From Anaeramoeba ignava BMAN (Eukaryota > Protista > Anaeramoebae), in assembly GCA_028826165.1 (NCBI GenBank), contig JAPDFW010000062.1, positions 62,001-126,000 of the forward strand: a DNA stretch of 64,000 nucleotides, read 5' to 3'. Shown one piece after another: positions 36,698 through 51,423 of this stretch (position 1 is its first letter; each line of letters starts with the position of its first letter). The translations under genes and the position numbers were made by a program. A model generated the notes under the pieces. The model was not told the origin of the DNA, ran no database searches, and was given only the letters and a program-made list of their open reading frames with translations.

Positions 36698-38512
36698 AAT
36701 AATTTAATAAATCTAAAACATAATTAATTTATAATTAATTTATAAATTATTTTTAAAATTATAAATAAAATAAATTTATTACAAAATTATAATTAAATAT
36801 TATTTAATATTATTATAAAAAAATAAATAGAAAATATTAATTAATAATTTAATAAATTTAAAACATAATTAATTTATAATTAATTTATAAATTATTTTTA
36901 AAATTATAAATATAATAAATTTAATACAAAATTATAATTAAATATTATTTAATATTATTATAAAAATAAATAAAAATATTAATTAATAATTTAACAAATC
37001 TAATACATAATTAATTTATAATTAATTTATAAATTATTTTTAAAATTATAAATATAATAAATTTATTATAAAAAAAATTATAATTAAATATTAATTAATA
37101 TTATATAAAAAAATAAATAAAAATATTAATTAATAATTTAATAAATCTAAAACATAATTAATTTATAATTAATTTATAAATTATTTTTAAAATTATAATT
37201 ATAATAAATTTATTACAAAAATTATAATTAAATATTATTTAAAATTATTATAAAAATAAATAAAAATATTAATTAATAATTTAACAAATTTAAAAACATA
37301 ATTAATTTATATTTAATTTATAAATTATTTTTAAAATTATAAATATAATAAATTTATTACAAAATTATAATTAAATCTTTAATTAATATTATTATTATAA
37401 AAATTAAATAAAAATATTAATTAATAATTTAACAAATTTAATACATAATTAATTTATATTTAATTTATAAATTATTTTTAAAATTATAAATATAATAAAT
37501 TTATTACAAAAAATTATAATTAAATCTAATTTTAATATTATTATAAAAATTAAATAAAAATATTAATTAATAATTTAATAAATTTAAAACATAATTAATT
37601 TATATTTAATTTATAAATTATTTCTAAAATTATAAATATAATAAATTTATTACAAAATTATAATTAAATCTTATTTTAATATTATTATAAAAATAAATAA
37701 AAATATTAATTAATAATTTAATAAATCTAATACATTATTAATTTATATTTAATTTATAAATTATTTTTAAAATTATAAATAAAAATAAATTTATTATAAA
37801 ATTATAATTAAATCTTATTTAAAATTATTATAAAAATAAATAAAAATATTAATTAATAATTTAATAAATCTAAAACATAATTAATTTATAATTAATTTAT
37901 AAATTATTTTTAAAATTATAAATATAATAAATTTATTATAAAATTATAATTAAATCTAATTTAAAATTATTATAAAAAAATAAATAAAAAATATTAATTA
38001 ATAATTTAATAAATTTAAAACATAATTAATTTATATTTAATTTATAAATTATTTTTAAAATTATAAATATAATAAATTTATTACAAAATTATAATTAAAT
38101 CTTATTTAAAATTATTATAAAAAAATAAATAAAAAATATTAATTAATAATTTAATAAATCTAAAACATAATTAATTTATATTTAATTTATAAATTATTTT
38201 TAAAATTATAAATTTAATAAATTTAATACAAAATTATAATTAATTATTATTTAAAATTATTATAAAAAATAAATAAAAAATATTAATTAATAATTTAATA
38301 AATTTAAAACATAATTAATTTATAATTAATTTATAAATTATTTCTAAAATTATAAATATAATAAATTTATTACAAAATTATAATTAAATCTAATTTAAAA
38401 TTATTATAAAAAATTAAATAAAAAATATTAATTAATAATTTAACAAATTTAAAACATAATTAATTTATAATTAATTTATAAATTATTTTTAAAATTATAA
38501 ATATAATAAATT
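36698..38512. repeat. ~143-bp AT-rich satellite array 2, ~12-13 copies, in divergent RhoBTB/RPL10 intergenic region
   Basis: ACATAATT recurs at ~36719, 36863, 37005 and onward. Confidence 0.95.
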
Positions 38513-38583
38513 TTGTGATAAATAATTGAAAAAAGATGAAGGAGAGAAAGAGAAAAAAATGAATTAATAATTTAATAAAATAA

Positions 38584-38591
38584 ATGAGTCA
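38584..38591. promoter_or_regulatory. AP-1/Gcn4-type site ATGAGTCA upstream of RPL10
   Basis: TGAGTCA core ~135 bp upstream of the RPL10 ATG. Confidence 0.4.
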
Positions 38592-38723
38592 AAATTATTT
38601 TTTATTAATAAAAGGGGCAAAAACAAAAATATTTTTTTTTTCATTTTCTTTTTCATTTTTTTTTTGTTTTTTTCATTTTTTTCTTTTTCCAATTTTTAAA
38701 CAAAAAAAAATATTATATTATAA

Positions 38724-41099
<2,376 letters not shown>

Positions 41100-41309
41100 G
41101 CTACAACTTTTATTTTTTTTTCTTTCTTTCTTTCCACTTTTTTCTTTTACACTTGATCCACTTTTTCTTCTTCTTCTTCTTCTTTTTTTTCTTTTTCATT
41201 TTCATTCAAAAACAAATTCAAAATCCTTTTTTTTTTACAATGAAATACAGTTTCTTTTCAAATAAAAAATAAAGCTCAAAAACCTAAAATAAAATTTATT
41301 TTTCATTTT

Positions 41310-42380
41310 GAATCTAATTTAGATTTTCTTCTTTTTTTTGAATTGATTTATTTTAAAAATGAAATGAATTTAATTTAGATTTTCTTATTGTTTTTGAATT
41401 GATTAAGATTTAAAAATGAAATGAATTTAATTTAGATTTTCTTCTTTTTTTTGAATTGAATTAGATTTAAAATTGAATTGAATTTAATTTAGATTTTCTT
41501 ATTGTTTTTGAATTGATTAAGATTTAAAATTGAAATGAATTTTAATTTATATTTTCCTATTGTTTTTGAATAGATTAAGATTTAAAATTGAATTAAATTT
41601 AATTTATATTTTCCACTTTTTTTGAATTGGATAAGATTTAAAATTGAAATGAATTTAATTTAGATTTTCCTATTTTTTTTGATTAAGATTTATTTTAAAA
41701 TTGAAATGAATTTAATTTAGATTTTCCACTTTTTTTTGAATTGAATTAAGATTTAAAATTGAATTAAATTTAATTTAGATTTTCCTATTGTTTTTGAATA
41801 GAATTAAGATTTAAAATTGAAATGAATTTAATTTAGATTTTCCTATTGTTTTTGAATTGAATCAAGATTTAAAAATGAATTAAATTTAATTTAGATTTTC
41901 TTATTGTTTTTGAATTGAATTAAGATTTAAAAATGAAATGAATTTTAATTTAGATTTTCCACTTTTTTTTGAATTGATTTATTTTAAAATTGAAATAAAT
42001 TTAATTTAGATTTTCCTATTTTTTTTGAATTGATTTATTTCAAAATTGAATTAAATTTAATTTATATTTTCCACTTTTTTTTGAATTGATTAAGATTTAA
42101 AATTGAAATGAATTTAATTTAGATTTTCTTCTTTTTTTTGAATAGATTTATTTTAAAATTGAAATGAATTTTAATTTAGATTTTCCACTTTTTTTGAATA
42201 GATTTAATTCAAAAATGAAATGAATTTAATTTAGATTTTCCTATTGTTTTTGAATTGATTTATTTCAAAATTGAAATGAATTTAATTTAGATTTTCCACT
42301 TTTTTTTGAATTGAATTATTTTAAATTGAAATGAATTTTAATTTAGATTTTCTTCTTTTTTTTGAATTGATTAAGATTTA
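41310..42380. repeat. 57-bp minisatellite, ~19 copies, between RPL10 and ATR
   Basis: GAATTTAATTTAGATTTTC recurs at 41366, 41423, 41480 and onward. Confidence 0.95.
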
Positions 42381-42493
42381 ATTTATTAAAAAAAAAAACA
42401 ACACTTTAAAAAATATTTGAAAAAAAAAATCATTTTTTCATTTTTTCATTTTTTTTTTTTCATTTTTTTTTTCATCTTTTTTAATTTTTAATT

Positions 42494-45400
42494 ATGACAA
42501 CAGAAGAAGATGAATTAATAAATAAACTTAGAGAAAAAATTACAAAAGTAGCACAAAAACTTGGCCAAGTATACATACAACAAACACAATCATTTTTAGA
42601 AACATTAGATTTGCTTCCAAGATTGTGTTTCAGATTTAGAAAAATTCCCAACAATTCATGTTAATCCACAATTAATACAATTTTTATTTTTTCAAACTTT
42701 TCCGTTATTATTTCAATCAAAATTAGACATTTTTCAAGAAGAAATTCTATCAGTGATTACCAGTTTTTTAGTTTTTCTTCAAAAAATATCATATTCACAA
42801 TTTTTAATATTTTTAAAAGATTTCCACACTTTTTTTAAAGGTAAAGAACATTTTCGATTAAATTAAATTAAAAATTAAAAATTAAATTAAATTAAATCAA
42901 ATTGAAATTAAATTAAAAATTAAATTAAAAATTAAATCAAATTGAAATTGAATTGAAATTAATTTAAAAATTAAATCAAAAATTGAATGCTTTTAATAGA
43001 ATCCGTAAATTTTTGGGATTCTGTAGTCTCAAATGAACAACAAAAACCTCAATTCACTCAATTTATCATATTGATTAAAGAACAAAATCTTGATTTCTTA
43101 ATCAATGACGAATCATTCACTCTCAACTCATTCTCCTATTTTGGATCAAGTCTTTCCCAAAAAATAAAACTCCCTGTCAGATCTTTATTTGACATCCAAC
43201 TTATCCAAATAGTTATAACAAAATTACTTATCAAATTAATCAAGTCATCGTTTTATGTTTTCCAAGAAAACTTTGATTTCGTCACTTTCTTGGTTTCGCA
43301 GATAAAACACTCAACTCTGAAATTGAAAATAATATCTTTGGAATGCTTGAATCATTTTATTAGAGGAAAAGCTTCTTCAATTAATCATCGACAACTTGCT
43401 TCGACTCTTTTTACTTTTCTTTCACAAGGAAAAACCGATCAAGAAAGGCATTTATTGAACCAATTACGCACTCCGGAGTTTGAAATACACCTTGGAAACT
43501 GTCTGCTTTCTTTGTTTGAAACAAAAAATGCTTCTCGTTGGTCTGTTTATGCTTGTTTTCAAAATTTTGAATCCTTATTTACTTGGAACATTTTAAATTC
43601 AGTTACAAATCACTTGAAAATTGTGTTTACAAAAATCCTCAAGGAAATTGTTTCCAATTTCCCGCAAACTACATTTTTGGTTAAAGCTCTTTTTCCTGTT
43701 CTCCATTTGGAAATTATTCAGAATGAGATTGCTGAAATTTTCCACATTTGTATATCAAGATTGGTTGATTCTGAAATATTTCAAATTTCTCTTAATAATA
43801 ATAATAATAATAACGAAAATAAAAATTCTGGATTGTTCAAATCACTTCAAAACGAAAAGAATCAAAAAGCAAACAAACAAAAACAAAATATAGAAAACCA
43901 TATTCATTTTATGGATAAAGAAAATCTCAAGATATCAAATATTTTGAACCAATTTTTGTCTGCTATTCAAAAAATTCTCAATCTAATTCATGTATATTTA
44001 TTATCATCTTTTTTATTTTTAAATTTATTTATTATAATTTTTTAAAAAAAACAAAAATAGAATCAAAACGAAACAATCCAAATTCCATCATCTCAATTCG
44101 GTTGTCTCATTTCAACAACAAAAATTATTCTCCAAATTTTAATTGGCAACCAGGATAAATTACGCAGTCTTATAATTTCCAAAGTCCAAAAATTGGACGA
44201 TTTATTTTCGAGAATATTGAAGGAAATTGTTCCACAAATTGTGAAATTAGCCAAAACACAAGAAATGCAAATTTTATTTGAGGAACAAAATGTGGAGAAA
44301 ATACTTGATTTATTAGAGGTTGTTCAACAAACAAATTTAGAGAATTCGCGGGGTTTTTTATTGGAAATGGCGGATTGGATTGATGAGAAAATGATTGAAA
44401 AGAATCAACAAATTGTGAGAAAATGTGTGATGCTGGTGAAGGAAATTGTTTTAGATAAAAGGGAGGATGTGGAAATAATAAGCAAATTTATTTTGGATAA
44501 TTTGGTGGATGAAGGAAACGAAGAGCAAACAAGAGTTGAATGTTTGCGAGCAATTCCCAAAGTTATTGGCAATATTGCGAATCAAATTGAAAATTACAAT
44601 TTCATGGATAATTTTGTTTCTCCTTTTCGGGATATTCTGGAGAAAGAAAAATCACAGATGATACTTGAAGAATTAGCAAAATTGATTGAAATTATGGTTC
44701 GCAAAACAAATGGGCAATGGAACGGGAGAATTTTTGAGAAGAAGAACGAAAACGGAGTTTCTATCCGTCCGTTTTCGTTGTTTCCAAACAAAATGCGCAT
44801 CCAATACGCAACAAATATAAGATCTTCATTACAAAAAATAGTCCCCGATTTCACAAAGAAAATGAGTATTGAAGAACAGGAAACATCTCTTCTACGAAGA
44901 TGCCGTATTTTCTCACGTTTTTTTATGGATAGAGACGATCCGCGATTCACAACAAAAACACAAGTTTATTCACTTCGTGCATTTTTGTGTTTATTAAGCA
45001 ATTCAGAAAGTAAAGAACTTGAGGAAGAAAAGCAATTTGTGGAAGATCTTTTTGGACTTCTTTTTGGCGAGAATGAATTTCTTCGAATGGAAATTGCCAA
45101 ATCATTGTACATTTTTGTGAAATCGCAAGTTCTAACGAATTTGGATATTCCTGAGCCGCAGAACATTTCAGTTCAGAAAAGAATACCGCAAACCATTTAT
45201 GATACCAAAATTCAAAAACTTTTGGATCATCTTATCGAAGAGAAACTCGTGAATTCAGACGAGCCAATACAAGAAGCAATTTTGGTTGCTCTTGGCTCAC
45301 TGGGATCTTTTGTTGAGAAGGAATTCTTGAAGCAGATCATGATTGTGCTTGTTGACAGACTCACAAAACCACATCCCATTTCGCAGCAGTTTCTTTCTTT

Positions 45401-48400
45401 TGATCAAATAAGGATCATTTCCAAGAGAATGGGTATCACGGAATCGCAGCTATTTATTCTTTTCAAGTATGATTTGTGTCCCTTGGTGATGAGGAAGCTC
45501 AAAACATCAGATTCTCTTGTGAACGAGATTGCTTCTGCAATATTTGACGGAACCTCGCAAGAATTTATCGAGAAATACCATCAGTATTCGCTTCCAGAAA
45601 TATTGATTAAACAAGGATGTTGATCTACTTTCTCTCATTTCACAACGTTTGGAGAAGGAACCCAACATGCTATTCCGCGATAACTTGAGCTATATCATTT
45701 CTTTCTTTTTAATTCAAAACCCCAGCATAAGCCAGAAGAAGAAGGAAATGCATTCCAAGCAGATCCAAAAATTGCAAGAGAAATTCAAGGAATTTGAGAT
45801 TCCAATCTCGAATTTGGAATCGTTGATCACAGATTTCTTGCCAGTTTTTGTGGAGTATCTTGGAGATGAAGTGAATGCAATTCAATACAAAGCAGAACTT
45901 GCGTTGAGCTATTGTTGCCAGCAGTCAATTCCAAAGTTGGGATTGAGTTCGTTTTTGAAAAAGCATTTTTTGCGCATTGTTAGTCATCTCACAATGAAAT
46001 TCCACGACAAGGATGTCGACATTTCAGAGAAACGCCGTTCAATGAGAAGTTTATCCAAATTGATTCAAGCAGTTGGAGGAAATAACATTGGGACTTTGTG
46101 GCCTCGGATCATAACGATATTGGAGGAAGTGAATGAAATCGAGGCGCTGAAATTAGAAACATTGAAGCTTCTGTCTGTGTTTATAACAACTATTGATGAT
46201 AAAGCGCTCAAATCACTTGGATACTGGGTGATTGCGTTTTTGTACAATTCATTCAATAGGGAAATGAAATCAAAATATAAACAATCAGAACCAAATAGCA
46301 CTATCAGTACTAACAACATTTTTCATGTCGGGATTAATTCCCACAATGAGAATATCATCGACAATAGCACTCAAACGAACCAAAACCAGCAATATATTCA
46401 TTCTATGCTTACGAAACTTATTATCACCAAGGAGTCTTTACTGAGAGACAAATTCCGATTAATTCCTATTCTTTTCCGAGACAACCCTCTTTTCCATGAT
46501 ATCAACAAGAAAATTGAGGAAAATTCACAAAAAATTGATTTGGATCAATATCTTTCTGAACTGAATCAAAAACTGAACCAACCTTCTTCAATGGAAAGGT
46601 TTTTGGCGTTGAAGAAATTGATACAAATTCTGAAGAGTAAGAAGCAAGAAATCTACTCGCTAATTATTCAAGGAGAATCGCAGACAACAATCAAGAAAAT
46701 ATCAGATTTAGTTCAGTCACTTTTGCTGGGAAGCAACGCGAGAGGAGCTGAGGAGAGGTTATTGTACACAAAGTGTCTTGGACTTATTGGCGCAATTGAT
46801 CCAGGGGTTCTTCCATTGAGAGTTACAGATTCACTGAAGAGACACGAAAGAAGAGGCAAAGGATTGATTTTCGAGCTTATTAACAACTATTTAATCAACG
46901 CACTTCAAAAAAAGCATGATTTTGCAGGGTTTGCTATTCAGGAGCTTCTTGCATATCTTCGCAATTACCACAAACATTCTATGTCAAAACTTTCAGAGCA
47001 TTTTGGAATTGAGACTCAGGAGTTGATTTCTGAGTTTCACAACTCAAAATATCATATGGATATGCAGAGCGTGACATTCAAATCAAAAAATGATCATTCT
47101 AATTCTCGACAATCAATTTTCCAAAAGATTTTCAGTGATTCACGAGATAATAAGTTCCATCGATGGATTGGAAGTTGGGCTTTTTATCTTGTTTCCAAAA
47201 CAAGTGAACAAGAATCCGAGATTTTTAGAGCTTGTCAGGGAGTTATTAAGAATGATGAAGCGATTGCTTTGTATCTTCTTCCATATTTAATTCAAAATAT
47301 AATATTTTCACAAATTTCCAAGGAGACAAACGAGATGCTTGATGAGATTCAAGATATTCTTCGTCATGCTAATTCGGATGTTTTTTTATTGAATCGGTCA
47401 ACTGTTGAATACGAGATGGTTCAATTAGGATTACAGACAGTATTTACAATTGTTGATACATTATTTGAGTGGAATGAAGCACGAAAAAAGAAATCACGGT
47501 AAATATTTAAATTTAAATCAATTAAATATTAAATTTTAAATTTTATATTTAAAATAAAAATCAAAAGCCAAAATAGAGTTTCAAGAAAATCAAAAAATTC
47601 AAACCAACAAAACGAAAATACTCAAAATTTCCTCAATTCAATTCCTCTTGAAAAACTCGCATACGCTTCATTCAATTTTAAAGCATACGCAAGAGCAATC
47701 AAATACCACGAACTCTTCACAAGAAAACAAATGGAACTAATGGTTGCAGAAATCACAAAAAAACAATTTCTAGCAAAACAAACACCATTCTTACAAAAAA
47801 TGTATTCAGCAATAGAAGATCCCGATTCACTTGATGGAATAAGAACATTGCGAACATCAATAACAGCGACAGAGAAAATACTTGATTTTGAAACTGAAGG
47901 GAATTGGCTTGATTCAATGCGGATCTACGATCAAGCAATACAGCAAATCCACGAGCAAAAAAATCAACATTATCAACAACAAAACCAACAAAAACAACCG
48001 CATCAACAAGAACAACAGGCGCAAACAACCTCAAATACAACAGAAAGCAAATTGGAGACGCAAACAGATTCTCCAATGGCAAATATAGTGGAGTTGAATA
48101 TAGGACTCCTTAATAGCATGTCTAATTTGAATCTATATCATCCACTCAAATCACGCATCTTTGATATTCTGAATAATAACCAATTCAACGAGAAAGACTT
48201 GATGAAATTCAACTCTTTCGGCGTGAGAGTGGGATGTGAGAGTGGAGACTGGAAACTTGCCGAGCATTTCCTCAATGCAAAATGTGAATATGATTTCTTT
48301 GTTGATTTGGGGAATATTTTGCTTGAAATATTTCATTTATCACAGAAATACCACGAATCTTTAACAAGGACACGGAACGATTCAACACATTCACATTTGA

Positions 48401-51318
48401 AAACAATCCCTATTGAAAATAATACAATTGATGATAATAGCGGGATAAGTGATATTATGATGAGTGAAGGATTAAACGAAGGCAACGAAACAGGAATAGG
48501 AGCAAATAGTCAGAACGACTCCATGGGCTTAGAAAACACCCAATCGCAAGAAAAACTTCATGCATTATTTGGATACAGCGAAAATTCGATGCGTGTTGTT
48601 CGCATCAAGGAATTGCTCAACAAGGCACGACTCAACTTGATGTCGTCATTGAGCGCAGCAGGAATGGAATCCTACCAACGTGCATATCCCTATGTTGTGA
48701 ATCTTCATATTTTATACGAGGTTGAACAGATGTTCCGTTTGTGGAACAAAGGATTTCCTGCAGAAACACACAACATGCGCAAACGAAAAATTTTCGAAAC
48801 TTTTCAACAACAACAACAAAACCACATGCGCAAAGATAATCTCGTCAATGAGCTTGACAAAAGACTTGAGATTTGCGCGAATTCATTCCGCGCGATGGAG
48901 CCCATTTTCAAAACTCGCCGTATAGTGTTTGAGTTGTGTCAAATGAAGGACGAAGTTGCGAGGACATGGCTCCAAGTAGCGCGAACATCAAGAAAAGCGA
49001 ATCAAATCGACAGGACAAAATCAGCGATAATACACGCTGAGAATTTCCATCTTCCAGAATTGTATGTGGAGAAGGCGAAGCTTCTATTTACAAGCGGGAA
49101 TCCTCGCCAAGCACTTTTCACACTTGAAGAGGCGGTGAACAAATCCCGCGCAATTAGTGATGTTAGTGTTTCACAACTGCTCAAAATACAGCTTCTTCAC
49201 AATAAATGGGCTGCCGATACTGGATTGAAATCTTCTCGGGAAGTTGTCGAGAAATACAAATCAATACTTGTTGCGTTCCCAAGAACGAGCAAGGCTTATT
49301 TTTATCTGGCAAGCCATTACGATGCCACTCTTATTGCGCGATTGGAGAAATATCAAGAATATCTTCTTGCAGGAAACAATGTTTTCACAACAGCACAAAA
49401 AAGTTCTATTCGCGCAAATAAACTATCGAAATCAAAATCGAAGTTGAAAGTGAAATCAAAAGCAAAATCCAAAACAAAATCCAAAAAGGAATCTGAAGAT
49501 CTTCAAAATAGTTTGTTTTCAGATCCTCGAGAAGGAATCAATCTCGATGACACTTTGCTTCTGTTGAAAAACGCGATTCGGAATTATGCATCTTCTCTGC
49601 AGTATTCCGACAAATATATTTTCGAGTGTCTTCCGCGAATATTATCATTATGGTTTGGACTTGGAGCAACAACAACAAGTGATCGCAGCAAAGGCGGCGA
49701 TCAAATATGCTTATTATTACAGATTTTCTCAACAGAAAAGCCGAGCAAACAAGCATTGGAGGAATGGATCAGCAAGATCAACAAGCTAATGACCAAGCTT
49801 GCGCGGGATTTACCAAGTTACAAATGGGTGACTGCGCAATCGCAGCTTGTGTCCCGAATCTGTCACACAAACCCAAGCGTATGGGTTGTTTTGAAGGATA
49901 TTTTGTCTGTTGTTTTCCGCGCATATCCCCATCATTCCATATGGTCAATGATTGCTATGCATCGCTCTGTTGTCGAACAACGCAAACACAGAGTGGCTGA
50001 ACTTTTCAACTCGTTCAAACAATATCCGCAAATTGACCGAAAAATTCAACAAGTGTCTCAATTGACGGATCTTCTTATCCGTGTGAGCCATGAAAAAAGC
50101 ACACCACTTGTTCAACGGTATATGGAAAAGATGCATGCTTTAGGGGAATTAGATTTAGTTGTTCCAAGACAAGATACACTTGGGCTTAATTTTCCCGGGT
50201 TGCAAACGGAGAATTCAAATAATTCAAACAATTCAAAAAATTCAAATAATTCAAATAATTCAAAAAATTCAAACAATTCAAATAATTCAAATAATTTTTC
50301 AAATCATAATATTCCAACAATCAAAAAAGTATGCAAAAAATTCGAACAACTTTCATCACTTCAAAAACCAAAAAAACTCAAATTTCTGGGAAGTAACGGT
50401 GTGCATTACACTTTCTTAGTAAAACCACACGACGATCTCAGAAAAGATGCGCGTATGATGGATTTCATGAATCTAATCACACGAATCCTAAAGAAAAACC
50501 CACAAAGCAGACAAAGAAGACTAGAAACACGAACATATGCAGTAATTCCGCTTAACGAGAAGTGTGGAATTATCGAGTGGGTTGAGAACACGAAGACATT
50601 CCGGTCGATTGTGATGAGTTTATATCAAGGAAAAAACCCGTCGCTTCAAGAACTGCAGAAAATATATCGGTTCCAAGACTTCACAAACGAAAACACATTC
50701 ACAAACATTCTTGTTCCACTTTTTCCGCCAGTATTTTATCGATGGTTTCTACTGGCATTTCCTGATCCCGCGTTGTGGTTCGATGCGAGATTAACATTTA
50801 CACGAAGTCTAGCAGTCATGTCCATGGTGGGATATGCAACTGGACTTGGCGACAGACACACAGAGAATATTCTTCTCAACTCAAAAACGGGAGAAGCTGT
50901 TCATGTTGATTTTAATTGTCTTTTTGAACAAGGATCAGCGCTTAAGATTCCTGAATGCGTCCCCTTTAGATTGACACATAATCTCATCAATGCAATGGGT
51001 CTTTCTGGTTATGAAGGTGTTTTTAGAAGAGTTTGTGAAATCACAATGTCTATTTTTAGAAGAAATCAAAAGGCTCTTATTAATGTTCTTGAAACTTTTG
51101 TTTATGACCCTCTTGTTGAATGGACTAAAAATCAACAGAACCAACAGGAAAATGAAAGTGGTGTTCGCACTCTCAAAAGAATCAACGAGAGACTCCAAGG
51201 AAGAGAAAATGCTGGTGTTGCTTGGTCTGTTGAGGGTCAAGTCGATTTGCTTATTTCAAATGCTACTTCTCCTAATAATTTGGCTCGTATGTTTATTGGT
51301 TGGATGCCTTTTTTATAA
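42494..51318 (+). CDS. ATR: ATR/Mec1/Rad3 PIKK kinase; introns 42841-42999, 43992-44060, 47499-47567; two apparent +1 frameshifts (~42617, ~45615)
   Basis: CLGLIGAIDP, FLNSIPLEKLAYASFNFKAYARA, LSAAGMESYQRAYPYVVNLHIL, SLQKPKK, KPHDDLRKDARMMDF, GLGDRHTENIL, HVDFNCLF, PECVPFRLTHN, FATC ending MFIGWMPFL. Confidence 0.96.
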
Positions 51319-51423
51319 ATTTTCTTTTTTTCTTTTTTATTGAAAAAAAAAAGGGAATAAAAGAAAGAAAGAAAGAAAAAAAGAAAGAAAGAAAAGGAAA
51401 TTTTTTCTTAATTAATTAATTAA

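Noticed and set aside
45618-45624. Stop-codon reassignment or readthrough at in-gene TGA/TAA
   Set aside because: Homology continues in the +1 frame rather than the same frame, and both TAA and TGA terminate intact genes here.
47731-51318. Inteins in ATR or other large proteins
   Set aside because: Insertions are low-complexity Q/N/S/K tracts; no Hint-domain C/S...HN-C/S/T splice motifs or LAGLIDADG blocks were seen.
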